Part shown: positions 20,501 to 28,164 of the stretch, piece by piece
Layout of the letters: the number at the start of each line of letters is the position of its first letter
How positions within the stretch are numbered: position 1 is the first letter of the stretch
IMG/VR virus record: IMGVR_UViG_3300017962_000042
Coordinates: 1 to 34,835 of that record
DNA length: 34,835 bases
Source: a virus
Lineage: Duplodnaviria; Caudoviricetes
Direction: 5' to 3' (one strand)
The notes under the pieces: generated by a model
Told to the model about the DNA's origin: nothing
The model's database searches: none
Seen by the model: the letters and a program-made list of their open reading frames with translations, nothing else
Position numbers and translations under genes: made by a program

Positions 20501-23500
20501 ACGGTGAAGGTGTAAAATTACAAACGTCAATTAATAGCAACGGAGAAGTTGTTGATGTAGAAATTGTTAAAGCAGGAAAAAATTACAATACTATCACAGC
20601 AAGAATTAGACCGTTCAAGGTTTTAATACGTGCTGATGAAACAGCAAATAACTATTGGAGTTTGTACGAATGGAATATCAATACAAAACTTTGGAATAGA
20701 ACGCAAACACAAACCTATGATGTTTCACGTTTTTGGTCTTATAAAGATTATGCAGTTCCTGGATTCAGCACTGATGTTATCGTAGATTACAAACTTGGAG
20801 CACCATATCAATTAGATACTATTACTCCTGATGTTGGTAATATAATTGAAATTGATAATGCAGGTGATGGCAACAAAATGTACCTTGAAGCAGTAAGCGG
20901 AGAAGGTTCATTCTCGTACGGGTTTGACTTAAAATATAAAGCAAACAGCACATTACAAATCAATAGTAACTTATACGATTACAGCCAATTGAATTTTGGT
21001 TTTGCAGGTGCAGAAAACTTTGATATTAATTTGTTTGACGAGCAACCAATACAAGAAACACGCTTATTGCTTGAAGTTCTAAAAGAAGATATTTTTGTAG
21101 ACGATCTAAAACAAGCCTACAATACACTATTTTTTAATTGTGTAAAATATGCATTAAGTGAACAAAACTTTTTAGATTGGGCCTTTAAAACTAGTTTTAT
21201 CAATTTGAAAAATAATATTGGTGGATTTGGTAGACAACTTGTATACGGTTCAGATAACGTTTCGTTGATTGAAAATTACATCAAAGAAGTAAAACCTTAT
21301 AGAACAAATATTAGAGAATACACAATTAGATATGATGATTTAGAAAATTCATATAATGGGGTAACTGACTTTGATGTTCCTAGTGTTTACAATAAAATCA
21401 CACAAAAATTTGAAACTGTTAAAATAACTAATCCTCTGATAGCAGTAGATCCTTGGAAGCAATGGTTTGATAATTATAAATTTACAGTTGGTAATGTAAT
21501 TGTGTCTGATCCTGGTTCAGGTTATACACAAAAACCTATTGTAATTATTAGTGGAGGCAGAGATAACAAAACAGATATTCTGCAAACAGAGCAATACGAT
21601 AGTATTGTTGATTTTGATTATGATGCAACTTACTTTTACTTGAGTAGTTCTAGTGTACCTTTGCATAGTTTTGACAGTGCAGGGGTTCAATCACAATCCT
21701 TTGTATTTAGAATTCCACGCACACCAATAATTGCAGAAACCAAACAAAGCACAGCAGATAGTGAAGCAATTGGTGTCGCGACTAACGGTGTGGTCTTTTA
21801 TAATCCAAACAGTTCTGTAACAGAAAAAAGAAACGGAACAATATATACACTAGATGTTGCTAATCAAAGAATTATAGACGGCTTTACTGACGGTAGTGGT
21901 ATTACAGATGATTCAGTGTACAATTATGTAAGTGATCCAAAAAAATTATATACTAAAGATGATACAAAGCACAGTCCTATAATTGGTTATGCTTTTGATG
22001 GTTATCCTATATATGGTCCTTACGCTTTTGAAGACCCAACAGGTAACAATAAAAATATTATCCGTACAATGAAGTCAAGTTATCAGTTACGAACAACGTT
22101 ACGTGAAGACGGTTCTGAAAGAGATGGAAGGTATGTAGAAGATTATGAATATGTAAAAGGTAGTGGCGACCTAGATGAATTCAATGCTAGATATTGTCAT
22201 ACTCCAGAGTATCCAGGAGGTACATATGCATATTTTGTTACAGTTGACTCTAACAATGTTGACAATCCTGTTTATCCTTATATAGTAGGGCCACAATATT
22301 TTGGTGAGCCAGAGTCTGCTAACGGTAACTTTACACTACCTAGTACCGGAGTTGAAGATGCTACTGCTGAAGCAAACATAGGCCAAGGAAAGGTAAGAGA
22401 AATAGTTGTTACTAATCCTGGAGCAGGTTACATTACGTCTCCTAATGTCACTATTGTAGGTGGCGGCAATATCACCAAACAAGCAATTGGTTATGCAAAT
22501 TTAGAAAACAACAAAATACGTATTAATACTGTTAACATGAAATTTGATAGAATTGCAAATTCGAAAGTTATTCAAACCCAAGAGGCAACAGATACATTTA
22601 CTGCAACTGAAGGACAAATTAAATTTAAGTTAACATATCTTCCTACTCTTGATAAACGTGATATTGATATTGTAATTAATGATGCAAGTTTATACATTAG
22701 TGATTTTGATGTTAGTATAGTTACAACTACAGATAAAACATATAAGAAAAAAGAAGGTTACTTAATATTTTTAACACCTCCGGGTAAAAATGCTCAAGTT
22801 ACAGTTTCATTCAAAAAATCTATTGAACTTATGCAGGCTACAGATAGGATTGATTACTACTATCAACCAACAGCAGGCATGCTTGGTAAAGATCCGGCAC
22901 AATTAATGACTGGTGTTGAATATGAAGGTGTTCAAGTACAAGGTTTAGAATTTGATATTAGTGTTGGCTTTGATGGACTACCTTGGTTCAGTCATGGTTG
23001 GGATACGTTTTCTGGTACAAATACAGATTATGCGTTCCGTGCAGACGGAAGCACCCAGACATTTACATTACCATATGTTCCTGAATCAGGACAAGAAATA
23101 AATGTTTACTTTGATGGTGTAAGACAAGATCCTAATAATACACCTACTATAGTAGGTGATGGATCTAACGATACATTTACATTGGACGTTGGTGCACCAG
23201 ATGGAACACTTGTAGTGTTTAGACAAAAAGAATCAGATGGTTCTCTAGTACCAACAGACGTTAACAATCTTGATACATTATTAAGTGGCGGAACTTTTTC
23301 TACTAGTAATGGTAGGTTTGATACTGCCATTGGAACCAAACCTGAAGAAATAAGTTTAGACGGTGACGGATTTGTTACACCAGACACAAGTCATGCACCT
23401 GAAGAAGTAGTGCCTGGACAGTGTTTTGATACTATAGCAATAAATGTTTACAATGCACCATCCGATGGCTCACCGATAATCGAAACAATTAGATACTTTG

Positions 23501-25473
23501 GTAATAGTTTAAAAAGAGAATACACATTTAATTTATTACCAGGTACACTTGATAGTGTTTTTGTAACAGTAGCAGGAGAATATCTAGTAAATGGTACTGA
23601 TTACACTGTTGATATACAGAATAAAACAGTAACGTTTGTTGATGCACCTGAAGTTGGTGAATTAGTTACAATTCAAACACTTAACATTGGTGGTAGCGAT
23701 ATTGTAGAAAGACAAACATTTACTGGAGATAATTCGACTACCGAATTTGCAATGACTGCAAGTTATAATGACGTAAAAAGTGCATTTGTAACAGTAGACG
23801 GAATAGTAAAAGATTATGTATTACGAGAAAGCGACACAGGTAGTGTTATTATTGACATAGTTAATCCACCGCCGGCATCAAATTCAGTAATTCAAATAGT
23901 TGCTCTAGGCACAGGTGATAAAACTGTAAGTGAAATAAAAACAGATATCATAGAATATGATGGAAGTTCTACAACTTATAGGTTAAGTCAACTTCCGGGT
24001 AATATTGCTCCATATCATGCTATGGCTATTGTTGAATTAAATGGAGAAAGATTAATTGCACCTGATACAATTTATTATACAAGTAACGGTGTAACTAATT
24101 CGTATAGCATTAGTCAGGATCCTGGATATGAATTGTTTACTCTTTCTTTAGGTGAGTTTGAAGTACACTTAAATGGTGCAAAATTATCTGCTATTAGAGA
24201 TTATAATTTTGATACTGCAACCAACTTAATTACATTTAACACTGGAGTATTAAATGCTGGTGATGCTATTGCTGTTACAATTTTAAGAAATCATGAATAT
24301 GAAATCTATACAGAAATTGATGAAACAGATAGTACAACCTACGGATATGTAAAAGTATTACATCCTATTCCTGCAAATGCAGAAATCAAGGTTACTACAT
24401 TTACAAACCACGATGCTAACCTTTTAAGAAAAGAAGTTTTTAACAGACAAGCAGGTGGAATGTATCAATTAAGTAGACCTGTATTAGATTCAAATTATGT
24501 TTGGGTAGAACTTGACAGGAAAGCACTTGTTGCAGATAGAGATTATAAAATTTTAGACAATAATAGTTACATTCAACTAGATGATAAATTTAATGATTCT
24601 ACTGAAAGTAAAGTTGTAGTGTTTAGTTTTAGTGATAATGTATCTTCCGATCCAATTGGATTTACATTATTTGAGGATATGTTACAAAGAAGACACTATA
24701 AACGTATATCTAAAGAAAACACAACTACACTAACACAAGATCTTAACTTGTTAGATAAAGAAATTTATGTTTCAGATGCCAGTGTGCTTGTTAATCCTTC
24801 CCCAGCAGATAGAATTCCTGGTGTATTATTTGTAGATAAAGAACGAATTGAATATTACGTAAAAGACGGAAACACTTTAAAACAGATTACTAGAGGAACA
24901 CTAGGAACTGGGTCTAAATCTGTGCATAAATCAGGCACAAAAGTTTATGATGCAGGACCTGATCAAACTATTCCTTACACTGATCGTATTAACAAGTATG
25001 AAATAATTATTAGAGAAGGATTACCAAACGGAAAACAAGTACATGTTTTAGACACTATTAACTTTAGTTCTAGTGCAGATGCTCATAATCAAGTTGAAGT
25101 TTATGTTGGCGGAAGAAAATTACAAAAACCAACGGTTACTAATAATCCTATTAAAAAGCATGATGTAGAAATTGCGTTTGATAGTGACGAAACAAATAGT
25201 GTAGGTACAAGTAGTGATGTAACACAAATACCAGAATTTACTATAGAACCTGTTGATGACTCCGATGCTAAAGGATATTATAAATTAGTATTAAGAGATG
25301 TACCTCAAGTGGGAACAGAGTTAAAAGTAATACAAAAACAAGGTAACATATGGTACGAAAATGGCGTGTCTACGGCATCTAACGGCGAGCCTTTACAGAG
25401 ATCACGCACCAAAGAAGCACAATTCTTGCTTGAGAGAAGCAGTGGTTTACCTGTAATAAATATTAGGGAGTAA
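11509..25473 (+). CDS. Giant multidomain baseplate wedge/structural protein (gp7 position; VrlC-like repeats), 4654 aa
   Basis: Uninterrupted 13.97-kb ORF coupled to gp6 by TAATG. Has wedge-like segments (FYQGFIKEKGT; ENYIKEVKPYRTNIRE), PGxGY repeats, and cupredoxin-like, CBM5/12-like, FG-GAP, YHYH-like and GDGxTxxF beta-sandwich modules. Confidence 0.75.
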   Translation: MAYSTNDDVPVNVENKDKLRNSIDLIPMYFRTEANRKFFGATVDTLISKGQLKRLNGFIGSRNAKNAKPDDFYIPEPTKNRRHYNLFPGAVIRNQITRNPEWSGTYDDLVNQLDFFGAKTNDHSRLFESDYFTWDPHVDLDKFVNYRQYYWLPSGPSPVTITGFLTGTTSTYSVVNSGSSSYVFTPNGFTNNPIITLHRGATYRFEVNAPGHPFYIKTARTTGTDEVYSTGVQNNGAESGTIIFTVPLDAPDNLFYACENHQEMQGILEIKNAEDEVEINVEKEIVGKVNFTSANGVEFTNGLKVRFTGTVVPEKYQNKNWYVEGVGSSIELIPEDELDTPETYTQNFDFEFDVEDFDETPFDDVSNYPTSPEYITIKRNSLDKNPWSRYNRWFHKDVIEKIAGYNNTTILLDENFRAKRPIIEFDASLQLHNFATQGLGNVDLIDTQTTDAMSDVEGSIGYYVDETLLQSGMRVIFNADPDITVKGKIYEVSFETFQGKKYLHLNEVDVPVQGQGVVTVQGKSNKGSSWYFNGTEWVKGQQKTILNQAPLFDLFDKNGNSFSNETVYPLTTFAGNNIVSYQQGEGNNDTVLGFPITYQNIANVGDILFDFNWDKDNFNYNTTTVVDCSSGFVRKNKSISEYEYTSGWKTVENATLKQKVLQVNDIINATNQIQVTAINNAKDYFETLDVTLEYNSDIYKKGRDFTLQLIDNNLFLVTNKTIPNNTRITLRMSGTDVVANENGHYEPPANLVNNGENNDLNQFTLGSIGDHFRTIFLNDERLLGELNGITNARDIPNIVSKGLRFLKHKGSMVNSIFSLVDKDSNIIKAFRDNALKYNLFKEQFLQKAVELGLQDTVRENVDEILYNLSQNKNITDPHYYTDMAGFGRTVNVLQYTINTSLQKIFGIADNFSMTTISDRSVYVYLNEVQLVHNIDYVFDAVDNSVEIKRDLSVGDKIVIADYDTTGNIIPFTPTKLGLYPKFQPKIYTDNTYAIPQKVIEGHDGSITVAYNDFRDDLLLELEKRIYNNIKVNYNPEVFDIKNQMPSAFRQTDYTRKEFNDVLRNDFGYWANLYDVDYITNNAYDETNLFSYNYGRMVDDKNNKILPAYWRGIYKLYYDTDRPHTNPWEMLGFSEKPTWWEDEYGPAPYTSGNLLLWEDLEKGLIKDPNNTKINSKYSRPGLTKYIPVDEYGELRDPFATNVAQKFVSPAVDNDFVFGDHAPAETAWQRSSWYPFHIQVAMILLKPAQYLGTLFDVSQNEIVFDSLKYKDTGKIFDLSFVKINDQTYNNVRYKGLGYHAVITDYIKSQGRDLDSYEFSLKNLSLDVVYKLGGFASKNKLRILLENNTPNSETNSVFLPAENYRIQLRTSNPIGKAIISGVIVEKVNNGYLIRGYDKYTPYFNYNKAISSQNDIRIDVGGVSADFVVWQPSKFYGIGQLVQFEENYYRAKENHTSSTEFENEKWAGLPSLPTSGGAAVTKPTKFESSVSELPYNSILNTAQDVFNFLLGYGKYLESKGFVFDEYLSELKQVQNWEYSGREFLFWTTQGWAIGSVITLAPFAQKLVFSFQNGQVDNVLDSFYEYSLLNSKGLALPTSNFATTRQSGKFSLRTRDTQEGIYYAQLNLVQKEHVIVFDDKSVFGDIIYDQESGYRQERIKINGFKTDEWDGDLYSPGFVFDEAIVVDWNQFVDYNLGDVVKYKNKYYSAKRFTPGTSTFETDSWVYLGNMPVAELYANFDYKVDGFQDFYSLESETFDSTKTALAQHLIGYQKRPYLDNLVKDETAQYKFYQGFIKEKGTKNAVDKIQRFTIDNVPTNIEYEEEWGFKVGSLGSYSTINEIEFPLDEKLNVENPQAIEFVNSRTTELSSSNIIKLLPSDIPVKPNNFNVNIWPTLTIDPDQGQTVDLYQKLPLAGYPRIDDVTLTLLNYDELFTNENIVNLNTGDTIWIARDVNTDWNVYRVQPLGVRIINPELAVAQEAGSSLYTVNTDKPHRLSPGQLVVLKNFDSQVNGVYNVVSVTGLTTFVIDIGETGITLTDDSSTGEIFELSSVRVTETDLINNVKLLDQFEKGEKLWIDNNGSNLWTVYEKTDAYTERKWGSVNQVEEQRFGFNITANKNGRLIAVSGPKFGDEGQVYILRRDTNTGITNLKGAQGFAVSENISDDLIAGASPQFGYSLSIAPNEQRLVAGAPYADHFKAVDDSSRNGFFVSEGDFNATPQPYVKQGVVKLTKLDTADGLFKNEYIIASHEPKNNEYFGFSVKLGNTKLAVGAPGHLDNKGRVYFYDYKIQADGSTLDWDLDSDTGYLEISSTDATLDGNSGDEFGFSIDASDDMTILAVSAPGREVWQQAGDSSKNNGEVRIYTLGSNNVYTQKQILNANTLSNIELGDRFGYQVKFSSNGNDLFVSAPFSDVANTNSGAVYYFTKQTDGTYSLAQIITSPDQIKEERFGITVSVNSEGNDLAIYSESGDTQTSMTTDVYKEAFVDSYTRFGNNYVNDPQSGFNEVATTFDGNSTKFTDESPSSGAVYSYKKLNTRFVFGQKLTSGTVESFDNFGKGLKVVDQGILVGSPYNNVDNNNTGALFVYDRLSTSGWDEKRKQGDLTNPWLINKTFTYSLSGNKVKDFVETIDPVKGKIPYIAESEIRFKSDVDPAVYSASDRSDVGINSSVNWTDDHLGEVWWDLSSVKFLWYEQGDTEYRANNWGGLFPGSSIDIYEWVETDLLPSEWTEVADTTEGVALGFSGTPKYNDNTVSVKRIYNANTGNFTTRYYYWVRNSVIVPEVDFRRLPCSEVSNIITDPDAYGIKSLQLLSPNSISVSNLKTTLADNDVHLSVQYRTVETDLPEHNEWLILREKQQAKIENSLLNKKLFDSLVGFDDQGNAVPDPQLPVQRKYGIQIRPRQSMFKNRFQALKTVVDYANSIMSENRIVDTKNITKLFSKDPIPAISTGKYDVALDDFEDTTTIGTQDLRQASITLSLTNGKVSKVTIDNKGYGYRIAPEVQITGDGEGVKLQTSINSNGEVVDVEIVKAGKNYNTITARIRPFKVLIRADETANNYWSLYEWNINTKLWNRTQTQTYDVSRFWSYKDYAVPGFSTDVIVDYKLGAPYQLDTITPDVGNIIEIDNAGDGNKMYLEAVSGEGSFSYGFDLKYKANSTLQINSNLYDYSQLNFGFAGAENFDINLFDEQPIQETRLLLEVLKEDIFVDDLKQAYNTLFFNCVKYALSEQNFLDWAFKTSFINLKNNIGGFGRQLVYGSDNVSLIENYIKEVKPYRTNIREYTIRYDDLENSYNGVTDFDVPSVYNKITQKFETVKITNPLIAVDPWKQWFDNYKFTVGNVIVSDPGSGYTQKPIVIISGGRDNKTDILQTEQYDSIVDFDYDATYFYLSSSSVPLHSFDSAGVQSQSFVFRIPRTPIIAETKQSTADSEAIGVATNGVVFYNPNSSVTEKRNGTIYTLDVANQRIIDGFTDGSGITDDSVYNYVSDPKKLYTKDDTKHSPIIGYAFDGYPIYGPYAFEDPTGNNKNIIRTMKSSYQLRTTLREDGSERDGRYVEDYEYVKGSGDLDEFNARYCHTPEYPGGTYAYFVTVDSNNVDNPVYPYIVGPQYFGEPESANGNFTLPSTGVEDATAEANIGQGKVREIVVTNPGAGYITSPNVTIVGGGNITKQAIGYANLENNKIRINTVNMKFDRIANSKVIQTQEATDTFTATEGQIKFKLTYLPTLDKRDIDIVINDASLYISDFDVSIVTTTDKTYKKKEGYLIFLTPPGKNAQVTVSFKKSIELMQATDRIDYYYQPTAGMLGKDPAQLMTGVEYEGVQVQGLEFDISVGFDGLPWFSHGWDTFSGTNTDYAFRADGSTQTFTLPYVPESGQEINVYFDGVRQDPNNTPTIVGDGSNDTFTLDVGAPDGTLVVFRQKESDGSLVPTDVNNLDTLLSGGTFSTSNGRFDTAIGTKPEEISLDGDGFVTPDTSHAPEEVVPGQCFDTIAINVYNAPSDGSPIIETIRYFGNSLKREYTFNLLPGTLDSVFVTVAGEYLVNGTDYTVDIQNKTVTFVDAPEVGELVTIQTLNIGGSDIVERQTFTGDNSTTEFAMTASYNDVKSAFVTVDGIVKDYVLRESDTGSVIIDIVNPPPASNSVIQIVALGTGDKTVSEIKTDIIEYDGSSTTYRLSQLPGNIAPYHAMAIVELNGERLIAPDTIYYTSNGVTNSYSISQDPGYELFTLSLGEFEVHLNGAKLSAIRDYNFDTATNLITFNTGVLNAGDAIAVTILRNHEYEIYTEIDETDSTTYGYVKVLHPIPANAEIKVTTFTNHDANLLRKEVFNRQAGGMYQLSRPVLDSNYVWVELDRKALVADRDYKILDNNSYIQLDDKFNDSTESKVVVFSFSDNVSSDPIGFTLFEDMLQRRHYKRISKENTTTLTQDLNLLDKEIYVSDASVLVNPSPADRIPGVLFVDKERIEYYVKDGNTLKQITRGTLGTGSKSVHKSGTKVYDAGPDQTIPYTDRINKYEIIIREGLPNGKQVHVLDTINFSSSADAHNQVEVYVGGRKLQKPTVTNNPIKKHDVEIAFDSDETNSVGTSSDVTQIPEFTIEPVDDSDAKGYYKLVLRDVPQVGTELKVIQKQGNIWYENGVSTASNGEPLQRSRTKEAQFLLERSSGLPVINIRE
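12082..12320 (+). other. Cupredoxin-like domain within the giant protein
   Basis: NPIITLHRGATYRFEVNAPGHPFYIK...FTVPLDAPDNLFYACENHQEMQG; candidate ligands His212, Cys258, His261, Met264. Confidence 0.65.
17815..19250 (+). repeat. Seven FG-GAP-like repeats (integrin-alpha-type beta-propeller) within the giant protein
   Basis: RFGFNIT..IAVSGP, QFGYSLS..LVAGAP, YFGFSVK..LAVGAP, EFGFSID..LAVSAP, RFGYQVK..LFVSAP, RFGITVS..LAIYS, NFGKGLK..ILVGSP. Confidence 0.85.
21620..22300 (+). other. YHYH-family domain (degenerate) within the giant protein
   Basis: IGVATNGVVFYNP...HSPIIGYAFDGYPIYGPY...SSYQLR...EDYEYVKGSGDLDEFNARYCHTPEYPGGTYAYFVT; boundaries approximate. Confidence 0.8.
22590..24640 (+). repeat. 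Tandem beta-sandwich-like repeats (F-x-G/A-D-G-x-T-x-x-F ... V-x-V-x-G ... DY) within the giant protein
   Basis: FTATEGQIKFKL, FRADGSTQTFTL, GDGSNDTFTL, FGNSLKREYTF, FTGDNSTTEFAM, YDGSSTTYRL, SNGVTNSYSI; boundaries approximate. Confidence 0.6.
25438..25462 (+). promoter_or_regulatory. Candidate late promoter inside the 3' end of the giant gene (AGCA-N15-TAAATA)
   Basis: AATAAATA at 25455-25462, immediately followed by the SD GGGAG (25466-25470) of the next gene. Confidence 0.5.
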
Positions 25474-26130
25474 ATGATGTCAAAACAAAGTAACGAGAAA
25501 GAGACAATGGAAACTAAAAAACCCAACGAAACACAAGGTGTGCATATGGAAGGTCATATCAAGATATTTGACCCTAAAAGCGACAAAGTGTACGTTAACA
25601 AACGTAATGCTATTCATTACGAAAACATGAGTATTAGCCTTGCTGAATCGTTAGGTAACGAAGGAAGAGGTAATATTGTTGAAATGGCTTTTGGTAATGG
25701 AGCAACTACTGTTGATCCTACTGGTATCATTACATACTTAACACCAAATAATTCAGGTGTTAATGCAAGTTTATATAATCAAACATACTATAAAACTGTA
25801 GATGACAACAACGTTAATAATACTGATCCAAGCAGAAACTTTATCGAAACAAGACATACACTTGGTACAACTTATACAGATATCTTAATTAGTTGTTTGC
25901 TTGATTACGGTGAGCCAAGCGGACAAGAAGCATTTGATAATTCAACTGATTTAGATGGAAACTATGTTTTTGACGAAATTGGATTAAAAGCATACACACC
26001 TAACGGTGCAAATGCAGGTAGATTACTTACACATGTTATTTTCCATCCAGTACAAAAAAGTTTGAATAGATTAATTCAGATAGATTATACAATTAGAATA
26101 CAGAGTTTGACAAATTTAAGCGAGATTTAA
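25474..26130 (+). CDS. Baseplate/fibre-attachment structural protein (gp8 position), 218 aa
   Basis: NAIHYENMS...EMAFGNG...LYNQTY...LDYGEP...FDEIGL...LLTHVIF pattern, located between the wedge and the fibres. The true start is probably the second ATG (25477), 6 nt after GGGAG. Confidence 0.55.
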   Translation: MMSKQSNEKETMETKKPNETQGVHMEGHIKIFDPKSDKVYVNKRNAIHYENMSISLAESLGNEGRGNIVEMAFGNGATTVDPTGIITYLTPNNSGVNASLYNQTYYKTVDDNNVNNTDPSRNFIETRHTLGTTYTDILISCLLDYGEPSGQEAFDNSTDLDGNYVFDEIGLKAYTPNGANAGRLLTHVIFHPVQKSLNRLIQIDYTIRIQSLTNLSEI

Positions 26131-26133
26131 AGA

Positions 26134-28164
26134 ATGGCATATACGGTAAATTTTACAAATAGTGGCGAAAAGGTTCCGATTACAATCGATGATAACAGTC
26201 GTAATACTGTTGATACGTCATTAACACTAATTGGTAGAAATGAACCTAGTTATGGTCAAGCCATTGCTGAAAATTTTGTGCATTTACTTGAGAATTTCTC
26301 AAATGCTACTCCTCCGGCAAATCCAATTGAAGGTCAACTTTGGTACGATAGCGGTACTAATAGATTAAAGATAAATGATTCAACAGCCGGCGCCGCTAAT
26401 TGGAGACCAGCAGGTGGTGTTCATGTTGATTCTATAGAACCACAGAATGCGATAGAAGGTGATATTTGGGTAGACATTACAAATAATCAACTGTATCTAT
26501 ACACAGGTGCTCAATTCCAGTTGGTAGGACCTAATTTTAGCGGAGGGTTGAAAGCAGGTGCAGAAGCAGAGAACGTTGTAGATGTTACAGGTGCAAATCA
26601 TACAGTAATTAAAAACTATGTCGATGATAAAGTTATAAGCATTATTTCAAAAGATCAATTTATACCTAGACAGGTAATTGAAGGATTTAGTGAGATCCTA
26701 CCAGGTATTAATATTTCAAATACTGATTTTGATGGTAATGGTATTGTTCTAAATAAATTACATGCAACAGCAACAAAATCAGATGCATTGAATGTAACAC
26801 AACCTAGTATTGAAACAGTAAATGCAAATAACTTCTTAAGAAGTGATATCAACGATACTACTAATGGTGAATTTACGATTAGAAATGATGGTGGATTAAC
26901 ATTTGGTGCTAATCTAATTGGTAGTTTAGAAGTTGCAGGTACTAATAATGAAGTTGTTCTAAAAAATAATATATCAGATGGTAATATTGCATTAAAAGTT
27001 TTTCCGTCAGTTGATGGTGAAACAAAAACAGTATTTTTTGTAGACGGTAGTAATAAGAGGGTAGGTGTAAATCAAACTGCACCAGCAGTTGCACTTGATG
27101 TTACAGGAAGTGGCCACTTTACAGATCAATTACAACTAGCAAGTACACAAGATGCTACAAGTACAACAACAGGTGCTTTAAAAGTAAGTGGCGGTGTTGG
27201 TATTGATAAAAATTTATATGTAGGCGGAAATGCTAATTTTGAAGGACATTTGGTTTTAGGTGAAATTGGCGGCTCCGCCGGTATTGCTATTTTACCAACA
27301 ACAAACAATAACTTAACAATAGGCGGTGACCCCGGAGACGGAAACGGTTTAAGAAGATTTTCAAATGTATATTCGGAGGTATTCACAGGACGTTTGGTTG
27401 GTACAGTTGTAGGAGATGTAAACGGTAATGTTAATGGTACAGCAGATAGACTTACTGCAAGTACTAATTTTAAAATTAGTGGACACGTTGCTGACTCAAC
27501 AGGATTTAGTTTTGATGGTCAAACAGGCGGAACTAATAAGACTTTCAATGTAACACTTACTCAAGATGCTATTGACGAACAAGATAGTGTAACAGATAAT
27601 GAAAACAGTGATCAGTATCTAGTATCAAGAGTTGGACAAGGCTTAAAAAGAATTACTAGAACAGATTTCTTTGCTGGCGCTTCTCTTGTACCTATAGGAG
27701 CAGTATTTCCATATGCAGGTCCGGTAACTTCACAAGCAGATTTGCCAAAAGGTTATTTACTTTGTGACGGATCTGAACAAAGTATTGGTTTATATCCAGA
27801 TTTATATGATGTTATTGGCGATATTTTCGGAGCAGGTGTGAATCCAAGTACGTTTAAACTACCAGACTTACGTGGTAGATTTCCATTAGGTTTAGATGTT
27901 ATGGATAATGGCAACCAAGTTAACAACTCACTTGCTGTGCCAGTTGATGCTGGTGGTGGTCAAGCAGGAAGAGTTACTAACTCGGCGGCACAATCACTTG
28001 GCGGAACAGGTGGAGAAGAAATTATCGAAACAGATAATGTTTCTGTAGGAAGTGGTACACAATATACAGGAGGTTCAGGCAATGGTCCTTATGAAAACCT
28101 AAATGTTATGAATCCATATTTGACATTAAATTATATTATTAGATCAGGGGAGCCGACAGTATAA
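26134..28164 (+). CDS. Tail fibre 1 with C-terminal phage tail-collar domain (gp10/gp12-like)
   Basis: Has the shared fibre N-terminus. VPIGAVFPYAG...LPKGYLLCDGSE...YPDLYDVIG...FKLPDLRGRFPLG...NPYLTLNYIIR is the tail-collar signature. Confidence 0.85.
   Translation: MAYTVNFTNSGEKVPITIDDNSRNTVDTSLTLIGRNEPSYGQAIAENFVHLLENFSNATPPANPIEGQLWYDSGTNRLKINDSTAGAANWRPAGGVHVDSIEPQNAIEGDIWVDITNNQLYLYTGAQFQLVGPNFSGGLKAGAEAENVVDVTGANHTVIKNYVDDKVISIISKDQFIPRQVIEGFSEILPGINISNTDFDGNGIVLNKLHATATKSDALNVTQPSIETVNANNFLRSDINDTTNGEFTIRNDGGLTFGANLIGSLEVAGTNNEVVLKNNISDGNIALKVFPSVDGETKTVFFVDGSNKRVGVNQTAPAVALDVTGSGHFTDQLQLASTQDATSTTTGALKVSGGVGIDKNLYVGGNANFEGHLVLGEIGGSAGIAILPTTNNNLTIGGDPGDGNGLRRFSNVYSEVFTGRLVGTVVGDVNGNVNGTADRLTASTNFKISGHVADSTGFSFDGQTGGTNKTFNVTLTQDAIDEQDSVTDNENSDQYLVSRVGQGLKRITRTDFFAGASLVPIGAVFPYAGPVTSQADLPKGYLLCDGSEQSIGLYPDLYDVIGDIFGAGVNPSTFKLPDLRGRFPLGLDVMDNGNQVNNSLAVPVDAGGGQAGRVTNSAAQSLGGTGGEEIIETDNVSVGSGTQYTGGSGNGPYENLNVMNPYLTLNYIIRSGEPTV

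Noticed and set aside
11509-25473. Intein or intron explaining the size of the giant gene
   Set aside because: No Hint or homing-endonuclease motifs were recognised and the frame is uninterrupted; structural modules account for the length.
15918-27280. Short GC-rich palindromic patches (GGCGGCGCCGC about 15921, GCCGGCGCCGC about 26386, GGCGGCTCCGCC about 27268)
   Set aside because: They encode Gly/Ala runs inside genes and have no U-tract or adequate loop, so they are not credible terminators.
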